From Deltaproteobacteria bacterium (GTDB lineage: Bacteria; Desulfobacterota; Binatia; HRBIN30; JACQVA1): a DNA stretch of 64,000 nucleotides. Position 1 is the first letter of the stretch, and each line of letters opens with the position of its first letter. A program made the translations under genes and the position numbers. Location of the stretch: positions 152,448 to 216,447 of the forward strand of contig JACOST010000032.1 in the NCBI GenBank assembly GCA_016178705.1. The letters run 5' to 3'. Below, piece by piece: positions 26,804 through 35,565 of the stretch. A model generated the notes under the pieces. That model searched no databases, had not been told where the DNA came from, and saw only the letters and a list, made by a program, of their open reading frames with translations.

Positions 26804-27802
26804 CTACGACGAGAAATTCCACCGCGCCATGGTGGCCATATCTTTCATGCTGCCGCCGAGGTGGCGCACCACCGATGCCTCGAAGCCGCTGTGCATCTTG
26901 CAGTTCTGGCACAGCGGATCTTTGCGTGACTCCCAGTAGTCCCAGTCGACACCGTTCCAAAATTCGCCCCAGGTGGCGAACTGCTGCTTCTCGATCAGAT
27001 AGCAAGGCCCCTTCCAGCCCTTCGGCGTGCGGGTCGGATTGCCCCACGGCGTGCACGGATAGTCGCGCTCGCCGGCGGCGAACTGCAGGAACAGCGGCGT
27101 CGAGTACAGACGATACTTCTTCGAGAGCTCGAGCACGCGTTTGAACTTCTGATGGATCTCGTCGCGGATCAGGAAGTGGTTCTCTTTGATCGGCTCGTAG
27201 TGGTAACCGGGCGAGATCAACATACCGTCGACGCCAATCGAATCGAGGAACGCGCACATCTCTTCGATCTCCGCGACGTCGGTCTCGCGGAACACCGTGG
27301 TGTTGGTACAGACCTGATAGCCGAGCCGCTTGCCTTCTTTGATCATCTCGATCGCCTTGTCGAACACGCCGGCGCGATCGGTCACCAGATCGTGGGTCCG
27401 CTTCATCCCATCGAGGTGGACGTTGATGCTCAGTCGCTTGTGCGGCTTGCCCTTCTTGAAGAAGCGGTCGAGCAGCAGGCCGTTGGTGCACAGGTAAATG
27501 TGACGCTTGCGCGCGATGATGCCGTCGATCAGCTCAGGTAGTTCGGGATAGATCGTCGGCTCACCGCCGCAGATGGAGACCACCGGCGCACCGGCTTCGT
27601 CGACGGATTGCAGACACTCGTCGAGCGAGAGGCGATCCTTGAGATCACCGCTGTAGCGTTCGGGCGAACAGCCGATGCACGCGAGGTTGCAGGTGTGCAA
27701 CGGCTCGAGCATCAGCACGAACGGATAGCGCGTGCGGCCCTGCCACCAGTTCTTGGCCTGCCACTTCACCATGTCGGTCATGATGTGAATCGGAAATCTC
27801 AT
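26804..27802 (-). CDS. hpnH: adenosyl-hopene transferase (hopanoid radical SAM protein HpnH)
   Basis: 332 aa; RYPFVLMLEPLHTCNLACIGC (CxxxCxxC), GAPVVSICGGEPT, YLCTNGLLL, CTPWGNPTRTPKGWKGPCYL, C-terminal CQNCKMHSGFE. Confidence 0.85.
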   Translation of the reverse strand: MRFPIHIMTDMVKWQAKNWWQGRTRYPFVLMLEPLHTCNLACIGCSPERYSGDLKDRLSLDECLQSVDEAGAPVVSICGGEPTIYPELPELIDGIIARKRHIYLCTNGLLLDRFFKKGKPHKRLSINVHLDGMKRTHDLVTDRAGVFDKAIEMIKEGKRLGYQVCTNTTVFRETDVAEIEEMCAFLDSIGVDGMLISPGYHYEPIKENHFLIRDEIHQKFKRVLELSKKYRLYSTPLFLQFAAGERDYPCTPWGNPTRTPKGWKGPCYLIEKQQFATWGEFWNGVDWDYWESRKDPLCQNCKMHSGFEASVVRHLGGSMKDMATMARWNFSS

Positions 27803-27888
27803 CGGCCTCCTCGTTCTGACCCAACGGTCAGGGCGCGGATGATAGCCATCGCGGCGATCTCATTGCAACACGGATCATGGATTTCGAG

Positions 27889-28344
27889 TTAGCGGTGAGC
27901 GGCGGCGCTCGCCGGCGCTCGCAGCGGCAAGGTCATGATGATCGCGTCGTCACCCTGACCATAGTAGTTGCGGCGCACGCCGCGATCGGTGAAGCCCAGC
28001 TTGAGATAGAGCGCGCGCGCCGCCTCGTTGCCGTGGCGCACTTCGAGCGTGACCGAATCCACTCCCGCAGTGCGCGCTTCGGTGATGACCGACTCGACCA
28101 GTAAGCGACCGACGCCGCGCCCGCGATGCGCGGGATGCACGGCGAGGTTCAAGATGTGACCCTCGTCGCCCACCAACCAGCGGCACACATAGCCCAGCGT
28201 CGTGCGGGTGCCGTTGGTGGCGCGCACGAGGGTGACGCGCGAGAACGGCACCTTCAGCTCGTGCAGAAACAGCCCCGGCGTCCACGGCTGGGAGAACGAG
28301 CGGCGCTCGATCTCCATCACATCGGCGAGATCATCGGCGCGCAT
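27889..28344 (-). CDS. rimI: ribosomal-protein-alanine N-acetyltransferase (GNAT)
   Basis: ATG at M149 of ORF 27889..28788 (alternative GTG at 28365); MEIERRSFSQPW, LAVHPAHRGRGVGRLL, LEVRHGNEAARALYLKLGF. Confidence 0.8.
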   Translation of the reverse strand: MRADDLADVMEIERRSFSQPWTPGLFLHELKVPFSRVTLVRATNGTRTTLGYVCRWLVGDEGHILNLAVHPAHRGRGVGRLLVESVITEARTAGVDSVTLEVRHGNEAARALYLKLGFTDRGVRRNYYGQGDDAIIMTLPLRAPASAAAHR

Positions 28345-28373
28345 CGGCGCGAGGTTGAGTTCCACGCAGTCCC

Positions 28374-29384
28374 CTACCAGCGGATCAAGGCGGACGCCCA
28401 GGTGAAGCCGGCACCGAACGCCGCGAGGCAGAGCAGCGAGCCGTCCCGCACCCGCCCGGCTTCCAGCGCTTCGGAGAGCGCGATCGGAATCGACGCCGCG
28501 GTGGTGTTGCCGTAGCGCTCGATGTTGGTGAACAGTTTCCCCTCCGGCAACTCCAGTCCCATCGTCACCATCTGGCTGATGCGCTGATTGGCTTGGTGCG
28601 GAATGAGCAGATCTATGTCCGCGACCGTCAGCCCGTTGGTATCGAGCGCTTCCCGAATGACCTCCGGGAAGCGAGTGACCGCGTGGCGAAAGACTTCGCG
28701 GCCTTTCATCTTCGGAAAAATCCGCGCGTTGGTGATCATCTCCTCGGTCAGGCGTGGCCGCTCGCGGCTTCCCGGACTTTCGAGCCACAACATCTCAGCG
28801 TACTTGCCGTCGGCGTGCAGATGCGTCGACAGGATGCCGCGCGTACGATCGTCCGATGGTCCGATCACCAGCGCGCCCGCACCGTCGCCGAAGATCACCC
28901 CGACCTCGCGGCCCCGCGTGGTGAGTTCGATGCCGGTAGAGTGAATCTCACCGCCCACCAGCAGCACATAGTCACACGTGCCGTTCTTGATGTACGCATC
29001 GGCCGTCGCCAAGCCATAAATGAATCCCGAGCACTGATTGCGCACGTCGAACGCCGGCATGCCTGACATCCCCATACGCGCCTGCAGCACGCACGCCGAA
29101 CTCGGCATGTCGTAGTCGGGGCTGAGCGTGCAGAAGATCACCAGGCCGATTTGCTCGGTCCGCACCCCGGCGCGCTGCAACGCCTCGGTGGCGGCGATTG
29201 CGCCGAGATCGGCGGCGCCGACATCGTCGCCACTGAAGTGACGCTGTTTGATGCCGGTGCGCTGCTGAATCCATTGGTCCGACGTCTCCATGCGCCCGGC
29301 GAGGTCGTTGTTCGTCACGACGAGATCGGGCACGTGGCGCGCGACGCTCAGAATCCGCGAGTTGCGTCCTCCAGTCTGGCTCAT
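28374..29384 (-). CDS. beta-ketoacyl-ACP synthase III (FabH-like), canonical Cys-His-Asn
   Basis: ATG at M19 of ORF 28374..29438; RNQCSGFIYG (Cys), LIPHQANQRI (His), YGNTTAASIP (Asn); ATGA overlap with the upstream gene. Confidence 0.85.
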   Translation of the reverse strand: MSQTGGRNSRILSVARHVPDLVVTNNDLAGRMETSDQWIQQRTGIKQRHFSGDDVGAADLGAIAATEALQRAGVRTEQIGLVIFCTLSPDYDMPSSACVLQARMGMSGMPAFDVRNQCSGFIYGLATADAYIKNGTCDYVLLVGGEIHSTGIELTTRGREVGVIFGDGAGALVIGPSDDRTRGILSTHLHADGKYAEMLWLESPGSRERPRLTEEMITNARIFPKMKGREVFRHAVTRFPEVIREALDTNGLTVADIDLLIPHQANQRISQMVTMGLELPEGKLFTNIERYGNTTAASIPIALSEALEAGRVRDGSLLCLAAFGAGFTWASALIRW

Positions 29385-30310
29385 AGCTGCACCACCGCGG
29401 CGCCCCAGGCGAAACCAGCGCCGCACGCCGCCAAGCACACCTTCGCGCCGGGACCGACTGCGCCCGCCGTCATCGATATGCTCAAACTCACGGGCACCGA
29501 CGCCGCGGCAAGATGGCCGACCTCACGGCTGGGATTGCTGAACCGACTGGCGATGCCCATCTGTTCGGCCACACGATCGGCGACTTCCGGGAAGACGTGG
29601 GCGATCACGAAGTGATCGATGCCGTCGCGCGGTACCCCGGCCTTCGCAAGCGCCTCATCGATCACCACGGGAAGCGTGACCAGACCGAAGTCGCGCACGA
29701 CGTCGAAGTCGAGCGTGGGGAAATGAACCCGCTGCTCGAAGTTCTCCAACGTCACCCGCACCGGGTGCTGGCGACTCGATGGATACTCGCACCAGAAGCG
29801 ATCGTACTGTCGCCCATCGCTGTGAATCACCACCGAGCGCACGCCCGCATCGCCGCTACCCGGACCCAGCACCGCCACCGCGCCACCGTCGCCGAACAGC
29901 CGCGCCACTCGCTCGCCGCCTTCAGAGTAATCTAGTCCAGGAGAGATCACCTCAGCGGCGACCAACAGCACGCGGCGATACGTTCCCGCCCGGATGAACT
30001 GATCGGCAACCGAGAGACCGAACAGAAAGCCCGCGCACTGCCCGCGCACGTCGAGTGCGCCGACGGTTCCGCATTCGAGTTTGTGCTGGAAGAAACACGC
30101 CGCACCCGGGAATGTCACGTCCGGGGTCATGGTCGCAAAGATGATGAAGTCGACCGCGTCAGCGGTCACGCCCGCTTGCGCGAGTGCGCTGCGCGCGGCC
30201 GGCAGAGCCATATCGGAGGCGCCGCCCGTCGGCGCAATTGGCCGACGAACGCCGGCGATGTCGGCCAGCGGCGCGAGATTGTGGCTCAGCCCCTGCAGGG
30301 CGGTGCGCAT
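29381..30310 (-). CDS. divergent KAS III-like condensing enzyme, N-terminally short, altered catalytic residues
   Basis: 309 aa; RGQCAGFLFG keeps the Cys; PHQAN replaced by AHVFP; GNT replaced by GHL; GAGFAWGAAVV C-terminus. Confidence 0.75.
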   Translation of the reverse strand: MRTALQGLSHNLAPLADIAGVRRPIAPTGGASDMALPAARSALAQAGVTADAVDFIIFATMTPDVTFPGAACFFQHKLECGTVGALDVRGQCAGFLFGLSVADQFIRAGTYRRVLLVAAEVISPGLDYSEGGERVARLFGDGGAVAVLGPGSGDAGVRSVVIHSDGRQYDRFWCEYPSSRQHPVRVTLENFEQRVHFPTLDFDVVRDFGLVTLPVVIDEALAKAGVPRDGIDHFVIAHVFPEVADRVAEQMGIASRFSNPSREVGHLAAASVPVSLSISMTAGAVGPGAKVCLAACGAGFAWGAAVVQL

Positions 30311-30316
30311 ACTCGA

Positions 30317-31696
30317 TTACTTCAACAGCACCACTTCGAGCGTACGGTCGACGAAGCGATGCTTGAAGCCGGCCACCGGGGCCGGCAGCTTGATGTGAGT
30401 GGTGAAGTCGGGCGGAAACGCCGGCGAGACCGCCGCCAGCTTGCGCAAAACAGGATCCTCCACCCGCCCCTTCACGATCAAGTACCCACCCTGTAACGCC
30501 AGATCGTAATCGTAGTCCGGCATGTCGTCCGGAACGCCGAACTGGTCCTTCAACGCGGAGTGCGGCACCGTGCGGGGAAATTCCAGCCGCAGCAGGAAAC
30601 CGTTGCCCTGCTCGGTGAGCGTGTAGACCTCGCCGTAGCGTTTCTCGCGTTCCTGCTTGTCTTCGAACTCGCCGCCGTGAAAGCCATCGACCGGCGATGT
30701 CCCGACACTTTCGGCGGTCTTGAGCATACGAGTCAGCGGCACGAACAGTGCGGCCAGCGGCGGCGCGTACAGTGCCGCGCGGAAGCGGACTTGATCCAAC
30801 GGCGCGGCGCGAAAGATCGCTTCGCGCATGCGCCAGATCGCTTCGAAGGCCGCCATCGCGAAGCCGAGGACGATCAGCGAACTGAGCTCGTCGCTGAACA
30901 CGTTGCGCTTGAGTGCAAACGCGCCGACAGCCACCATCACCGCCGGATAGATGATCATGTTGTGAAGGATGTTGAGCCCGGTGGCGCCGGCGGCGGTGAA
31001 GAAGCGCTTGTCACCGACCGCGGCTTCGATGCGCTGCTTCTGACCGAACGGCAAGGCCCCGAGCAGCGGCTGCGCCAGCGCGGCGAACCATTTGAAGCCG
31101 CGCGAACCAGAGCGCGGCGCATTCAGCATCGCCGCCGCTTCTTCGAAGTTGATTTTCAATTCGCCTTGGAAGGCCTTGAGCATACGCGGCTTGCGCGGCA
31201 CCCGGACGCTCGCCGGCCTCGGCCCGGAGAGTGCCTTCTCGACGCGGGCACCAATCACCGCGGGCGCCTTGGCCGCGGGGGCGGCGGCCGCCTGAGTCGC
31301 CGGCGCCGGAGCCGCTGCTGCGGCCGGGGCCGCTGCCGGCACCCCTTCAACGGCATGCCCATTCCCCTTCCTGAACCGCGACGGGTAGTCGGGCGGGAAC
31401 TCGGTGCCCGGATGCAACTCGCGCGCGCGCGCAATCAACACCTCATCGACCTCCGGACGGGCCGGATCGGGGATGCAGCAGTCCACCGGACACACCGCCG
31501 CGCAGGCTTCGTGATCGTGGAAGCCGACACACTCGGTGCATTTTTCGGGAACGATGAAGAAGATGTCCTGCGCAACCGCCGGGTGCTTCGCGTCGTTCAG
31601 GTCCCACTCCACCCCACCCTGATAGATCGCGGTGTTGGGACATTCCGGTTCACACGCGCCGCAGTTGATGCACTCCGACGTAATTACGGTCGCCAT
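30317..31696 (-). CDS. fusion protein: YfhL-type 2x[4Fe-4S] ferredoxin + Ala/Pro linker + multi-TM region + C-terminal alpha-crystallin/Hsp20-like domain
   Basis: 459 aa; CINCGACEPECP and CTECVGFHDHEACAAVCPVDC; AAPAAAAAPAPATQAAAAPAAKAP linker; about 4 hydrophobic helices; C-terminus FLLRLEFPR..YLIVKGRVED..FTTHIKLPAPVAGFKHRFVDRTLEVVLLK. Confidence 0.7.
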   Translation of the reverse strand: MATVITSECINCGACEPECPNTAIYQGGVEWDLNDAKHPAVAQDIFFIVPEKCTECVGFHDHEACAAVCPVDCCIPDPARPEVDEVLIARARELHPGTEFPPDYPSRFRKGNGHAVEGVPAAAPAAAAAPAPATQAAAAPAAKAPAVIGARVEKALSGPRPASVRVPRKPRMLKAFQGELKINFEEAAAMLNAPRSGSRGFKWFAALAQPLLGALPFGQKQRIEAAVGDKRFFTAAGATGLNILHNMIIYPAVMVAVGAFALKRNVFSDELSSLIVLGFAMAAFEAIWRMREAIFRAAPLDQVRFRAALYAPPLAALFVPLTRMLKTAESVGTSPVDGFHGGEFEDKQEREKRYGEVYTLTEQGNGFLLRLEFPRTVPHSALKDQFGVPDDMPDYDYDLALQGGYLIVKGRVEDPVLRKLAAVSPAFPPDFTTHIKLPAPVAGFKHRFVDRTLEVVLLK

Positions 31697-31793
31697 AGAG
31701 ACAGCTCTCCTTCAATCGACTGCCAACGGCTGGCTTAGCGTGTTTCCCAGGTCGATTCAACGAAGGCGTCGGAGACGCGTGCGGCTCAGAAGA

Positions 31794-32228
31794 CTAGCTC
31801 AGTTTGCGCGCTAGCTCGCTGGCGAGCTTGCCGTCGTACTGCCCGGCGTATCGCTGCTTGAGCGTCGCCATGATGGGGCCGATGGCGGGACTGCCGAGTT
31901 CCTGCGCGATCTCGCGGATCACGGCTTCGAGCCGCGGAGCATCCATCTGCGCCGGGAGATACGCTTCGAGCACAACTTGTTCGGCGCGATTCTGGGCAAC
32001 AAGTTCCTCGCGGCCGCTCTTGGCTGCGAATCCCGCAGCTTCCGTACGCTTATTGATCTCCTTGCGAATCAGTCCGGCGATCTCCGCCTCGGGCAGCTCG
32101 GGGATCTGCTTGTCGACCTTGACGCTCTTGATGGCCGCCAACACGCCGCGCAACACGTAGACCGTGGACATATCGCGCGCCTTCATCGCTGTCGTCAGGT
32201 CGCGCTGCAACTGGGCTTCGCTCGCCAT
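31794..32228 (-). CDS. GatB/YqeY domain protein
   Basis: 144 aa; LQRDLTTAMKARDMSTVYVLRGVLAAIK..YGGQYDGKLASELARKL-type layout. Confidence 0.85.
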   Translation of the reverse strand: MASEAQLQRDLTTAMKARDMSTVYVLRGVLAAIKSVKVDKQIPELPEAEIAGLIRKEINKRTEAAGFAAKSGREELVAQNRAEQVVLEAYLPAQMDAPRLEAVIREIAQELGSPAIGPIMATLKQRYAGQYDGKLASELARKLS

Positions 32229-32230
32229 GA

Positions 32231-34819
32231 TCAGCTCCCGACAAAGATCCGGCGCGCGGTCGCGAAAGTGTCCTGCGGAGTCACGACGCCGTCGCCGTTG
32301 GCATCAACACCCGCGGCGGCCGCAAAGGTGCCCCGCCCGACATCTTCGACACGGTGACTGTCACTGTCTGTGACCTGCCGCTGCGCCGCCACCAGATCCG
32401 CGGCGGAGACCCGTCCATCGCCATTGCCGTCGCCGCGCAGCACCGGTGTCGCACCCGAGTTGTTGAGGGCCGACACATTCATCGCGGTCGAAGCGTTGCC
32501 GGTTGCAACATCGTAGCGTCCGTCGGCGTTGAAGTCGGCCGTAACGATTGCCTTCGGTTGGCGGCTGATCGTCACACTGCCGGCGCGCATCAAGCGCCCG
32601 GTTTGGGTGTTCACCAGCACGGTCACGTCGTTCGACACTTGATTGGCGACGACGATGTCGGGCCGCCCGTCACCATTGAAGTCGCGGGCAACGATCCCCG
32701 ACGGGGTACTGCCGGCTGCGGGTGGGAACGTCGGAATCGTGAAGCTGCCCATGCCGTTGCCGGTGTACACTTCCACGCGCTGGCCGGTGGCCGTCGCCAC
32801 CGCGAAGTCATCGAAGCCATCGCGATTCAAGTCGAGGGTCGCGAGCGCCACTGGATTCATCCCGACCGGCACCACCGAGCCGGTGTGAAAGGTGCCGTTG
32901 CCATTGCCAAGCAGAACCGACACGTTGTCGGAGCCGCTGTTGGCAATGGCGAGATCCTCGAAGGCGTCACCGTTGAAGTGCCCGACCACGATGGCCACCG
33001 GCGTGTTGCGGACACCCGTCGTGCCTGCGCTGTGCAACGTGCCGTCGCCGTTGCCCAACATCACCGTGACAGAGCCCGGCTCACCGATGGACACAAGGGC
33101 GATGTCCGGGATGCGATTGTTGTCGAAGTCGCCGACGACACCCGCTACCGCGTGAGCCGTCGTGGCAATGACCGCCTGCGAATCGAACGTGCCGTCACCA
33201 TGACCCAACAGCATCGAGATGCTGCCGGTGCCACCATTCACGGTGGCCAGATCGAGCTTGCCGTCGCGATTGAAGTCGGCCGCGACCGCCGCGCTCGGGT
33301 TGCTGTCTACCTCGATGTCGCTGCCCGCGAGAAATTTGCCGTCCGCTCGCGCCAGATACAAGCGCGCGCGACTGCTCGTATCGGCTCCGAAGGTGACCGC
33401 GATGTCCGGCAAGCTGTCACCATCGAAGTCCCCTGCCACCATGCCAGAGACCGTCGAGCCGACCAAGATGTCTTCAACGCCCAGCAAACGCCCGGGACTG
33501 CGATTGAGCAGCACCGCCACGTCGGGGCCTTGGGTTGCCTGGTTGCCGGTGACCACGTCGGGCTTGCCGTCACCGTCGAGATCACCGACGGCCACCACGA
33601 GCGGCTCTCCATCCGCCACGAACGTGCGGGCGGTCGCGAAATGTCCGCGCCCGTCGCCTAACAACACACTCGCATCGGTGCTCCGGCTATTGCTCGTGAC
33701 AATGTCGAGATGATTGTCACCATTGGTGTCGGTGACCACGACGTCCGACGGCGTATTGCCGGCTGCTAGGGTCGGCCCAACGGTGAAGTGTCCCTGCCCG
33801 TCTCCGAGCAACACCACCAGACCGGTCGGTACCGCGACGATCAAGTCACGCCGGGTGTCTTCGTTGACGTCGCCGCCGGCGGCGGCGGCGGGTGCCGTTC
33901 CTATGTTCGTGTCGATGCGCGGCATGAAGTTTCCGTGTCCATCGCCGAGAAACACCGAGACGGTCTGACTGGCGCTGTTAATCGCCACGACATCGGGCTT
34001 GGTATCACCATTGAAGTCACCGATGACGACGGCGTTGGTCTTGGAACCCGCCGCGCGGGTCGTGATCCGCCCGAAGGTACCGTCGCCATTTCCGAACAGG
34101 ACACTGACCTTGCCGTCACCGTCGCCGTTACCTTCGCTGACCACCGCCACGTCGATGTGTCCATCGCCATCGAGGTCGGCCGCGGCCACGGCCCCGGGGC
34201 CCGCAATCGTGTTGCACGTCCCCACGCCGGCTACGCGACATTCGTCCATGTCGCCGGTCAACTGTGGGTTGCAGCGCCGGCTGAAATCCCCCGTACACAC
34301 ACCACCGAGCACAAACGTCAACGGGCTGCATGTGCCGACGCTGTCCAGCTCGCATTCATCGAGACTGCCGGAATCCATCGAGGGCTCGCACTCCCTGCTG
34401 GTGTCGCCCGTGCAGTAGTAGTGAAAGCATACCGGGTCACCGTTCGGACACGGATCGCTAAAGCGCTTGAGGACCGATACGGTCGACACGTTGGCATTGG
34501 AGACCACGACATCGGGATTGTGATCCCCGTCCATGTCGGCGATCGCCAACCCCATCGGCACCGTGCCCGCGTTGAACTTCGGGAACGAGAACACGTTGCC
34601 CATGCCGTCGCCCGTCAAGAGCGTGATCGACGCACTATCGGAGTTCGCCGTGATCACGTCCAAGTGGCCATCCTTGTCCATGTCGGCGATCGCGATCGCC
34701 GAGGGCCGGCCATCGGTTCCCGTGGTCACAGCCGAGTCGAAGTTCGCCGTTTGCGCCCCCACCCATACCGGCACCAACAGCACGCCCACACCCACCAGCC
34801 TCGTACGAAACCGCCACAT
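32231..34819 (-). CDS. secreted FG-GAP/VCBS-repeat (integrin-alpha-like) protein with Cys-rich insert and C-terminal dockerin-like module
   Basis: 862 aa; signal peptide; more than 10 repeats of the D.DGDG..D type (ADMDKDGHLDV, GDLDGDGKPDVV, DFNGDGRPDIVV); C-terminus GDGNGDGRVSAADLVAA and DANGDGVVTPQDTFA. Confidence 0.85.
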   Translation of the reverse strand: MWRFRTRLVGVGVLLVPVWVGAQTANFDSAVTTGTDGRPSAIAIADMDKDGHLDVITANSDSASITLLTGDGMGNVFSFPKFNAGTVPMGLAIADMDGDHNPDVVVSNANVSTVSVLKRFSDPCPNGDPVCFHYYCTGDTSRECEPSMDSGSLDECELDSVGTCSPLTFVLGGVCTGDFSRRCNPQLTGDMDECRVAGVGTCNTIAGPGAVAAADLDGDGHIDVAVVSEGNGDGDGKVSVLFGNGDGTFGRITTRAAGSKTNAVVIGDFNGDTKPDVVAINSASQTVSVFLGDGHGNFMPRIDTNIGTAPAAAAGGDVNEDTRRDLIVAVPTGLVVLLGDGQGHFTVGPTLAAGNTPSDVVVTDTNGDNHLDIVTSNSRSTDASVLLGDGRGHFATARTFVADGEPLVVAVGDLDGDGKPDVVTGNQATQGPDVAVLLNRSPGRLLGVEDILVGSTVSGMVAGDFDGDSLPDIAVTFGADTSSRARLYLARADGKFLAGSDIEVDSNPSAAVAADFNRDGKLDLATVNGGTGSISMLLGHGDGTFDSQAVIATTAHAVAGVVGDFDNNRIPDIALVSIGEPGSVTVMLGNGDGTLHSAGTTGVRNTPVAIVVGHFNGDAFEDLAIANSGSDNVSVLLGNGNGTFHTGSVVPVGMNPVALATLDLNRDGFDDFAVATATGQRVEVYTGNGMGSFTIPTFPPAAGSTPSGIVARDFNGDGRPDIVVANQVSNDVTVLVNTQTGRLMRAGSVTISRQPKAIVTADFNADGRYDVATGNASTAMNVSALNNSGATPVLRGDGNGDGRVSAADLVAAQRQVTDSDSHRVEDVGRGTFAAAAGVDANGDGVVTPQDTFATARRIFVGS

Positions 34820-34840
34820 GGAATCCTCCTCTGCACTACC

Positions 34841-35515
34841 CTAATACACTAAATCGCCCAGCCGCTCCCAGCGCACCCGCCACACATCCCAATCGATGGA
34901 GAAATAGATCAGGAAGGCTTTGCCATGGATCGCGTCCAAGCTCACAAAGCCCCAGAAGCGACCATCGAGACTGCGATCGCGATTGTCGCCCATGACGAAC
35001 ACATGGTCGGGCGGCACCGTGACCGGCCCGAAGTTGTCGCGCGGCGCGGGGCCGCCGACTTGATTGCGGCCATCGGCAAAGTACGCGTGCTCGTTGTCAC
35101 GGGGCACGCCATTGACGAACACGTGCTTATCGCGCACCTCGATTACCTCGCCCGCCACCGCGATCACGCGCTTGATGAAGTCCTTGGTCACGTCCTGGGG
35201 ATAAATGAATACGATGATGTCGCCCGGCTTCGGCGTGCCGAATCGAACCAGGTTCTTTTCGAGAAACGGGATGCGAATACCGTAGGCAAGCTTGTTGACG
35301 AGGAGATGATCACCGATCTGGAGCGTCGGCACCATCGAGCTGGAAGGAATCTTAAACGCTTGGACGAAGAAGGTGCGAATGAACAGCGCCACCAGCACCG
35401 CCACGACGATGGCTTCGATATACTCACGCGCCGTCGACTTGGTCGCCGGGCGCGCGCTCGTGCCGGCCGCGGTTTTGGCGACAATCGAACCCGTTCGTGG
35501 CGTGCGTGCAGACAT
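34841..35515 (-). CDS. lepB: signal peptidase I
   Basis: 224 aa; IPSSSMVPTL, GDHLLVNK, GDNRDRSLDGRFWG. Confidence 0.9.
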   Translation of the reverse strand: MSARTPRTGSIVAKTAAGTSARPATKSTAREYIEAIVVAVLVALFIRTFFVQAFKIPSSSMVPTLQIGDHLLVNKLAYGIRIPFLEKNLVRFGTPKPGDIIVFIYPQDVTKDFIKRVIAVAGEVIEVRDKHVFVNGVPRDNEHAYFADGRNQVGGPAPRDNFGPVTVPPDHVFVMGDNRDRSLDGRFWGFVSLDAIHGKAFLIYFSIDWDVWRVRWERLGDLVY

Positions 35516-35565
35516 CGCGTGTGACCTTAGCCTTGAAAACGCAGCTTCGCCTAGTAAATTCGCGC

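Noticed and set aside
30560-31738. 392-aa plus-strand ORF
   Set aside because: Antisense to the ferredoxin-fusion gene, whose Cys motifs are decisive.
32354-34852. Plus-strand ORFs 32354..33661 and 33788..34852
   Set aside because: Antisense to the FG-GAP repeat gene. Their periodicity merely mirrors the real repeats.
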